Positions 63,666 to 64,000 of a stretch of 64,000 bases of DNA are shown in pieces. The DNA comes from Callorhinchus milii (lineage: Eukaryota): the NCBI RefSeq assembly GCF_018977255.1, contig NW_024704742.1, positions 43,216,001 through 43,280,000 of the forward strand, read 5' to 3'. The translations under genes and the position numbers were made by a program. Under the pieces are notes generated by a model that saw only the letters and a list, made by a program, of their open reading frames with translations, was not told the DNA's origin and did not search any database. Position 1 is the stretch's first letter. Each line of letters opens with the position of its first letter.

Positions 63666-64000
63666 ATGAACTGAAAAAGATGGGTGAATAGTACCTATCT
63701 GTTAGGAAAATGAGTCTTTCTGTGGAAGCAAGATCTGAGAAAACCTCCAGAATGGTGGATGAGAATTGCCCCTATGTGCAAACATTCGGAATCAGGAATT
63801 CACATTCAAAGTAAAAACAATCTATTCAGTTCAGTCTCAAGGCTAATTTGCCTTCTACTGTATTAAGTATAGAATGAGAAAGACAATTCATCTCATCAAC
63901 GTGACTTCTTCCAATACACCTTGTGCATTGAAGTACATTAATTGACTGTTCCCAATTTATTTAATCTCCTAAGGGAGATGAGTAACTAAAGGTAAAACTC

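Noticed and set aside
1..64000. CRISPR array, operon or other prokaryotic/viral system
   Set aside because: No regularly spaced repeat-spacer array and no gene-dense coding; content is vertebrate TE-rich non-coding DNA.

Overview
Eukaryotic, repeat-rich, essentially non-coding vertebrate DNA. The repeat content (CR1 LINEs with (TTCTATGA)n tails, abundant L2 LINEs with (TTG)n tails, tRNA-headed Deu-domain SINEs, palindromic Penelope-type elements) suggests a cartilaginous fish, possibly a holocephalan; this is inferred from repeat content only. I found no recognisable host protein-coding exon, true RNA gene, CRISPR array or prokaryotic feature. Nearly all long ORFs in the track are broken LINE ORF2 fragments or SINE read-through. 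A GC-rich, microsatellite-flanked segment at about 1-570 may be a promoter/first exon, which would make the rest a long intron. Most notable observations: (i) a palindromic element with back-to-back minimal hammerhead-ribozyme-like motifs and target-site duplications (TSDs); (ii) a multi-step fold-back/template-switch scar inside a SINE at 38.2-38.7 kb; (iii) a CR1 5' end formed by snap-back on a native micro-hairpin; (iv) an old RTE-X-like LINE family reconstructable from five fragments; (v) an orphan 340-390 bp element present twice with matching ends. All alignments were done by eye and most element boundaries are approximate.
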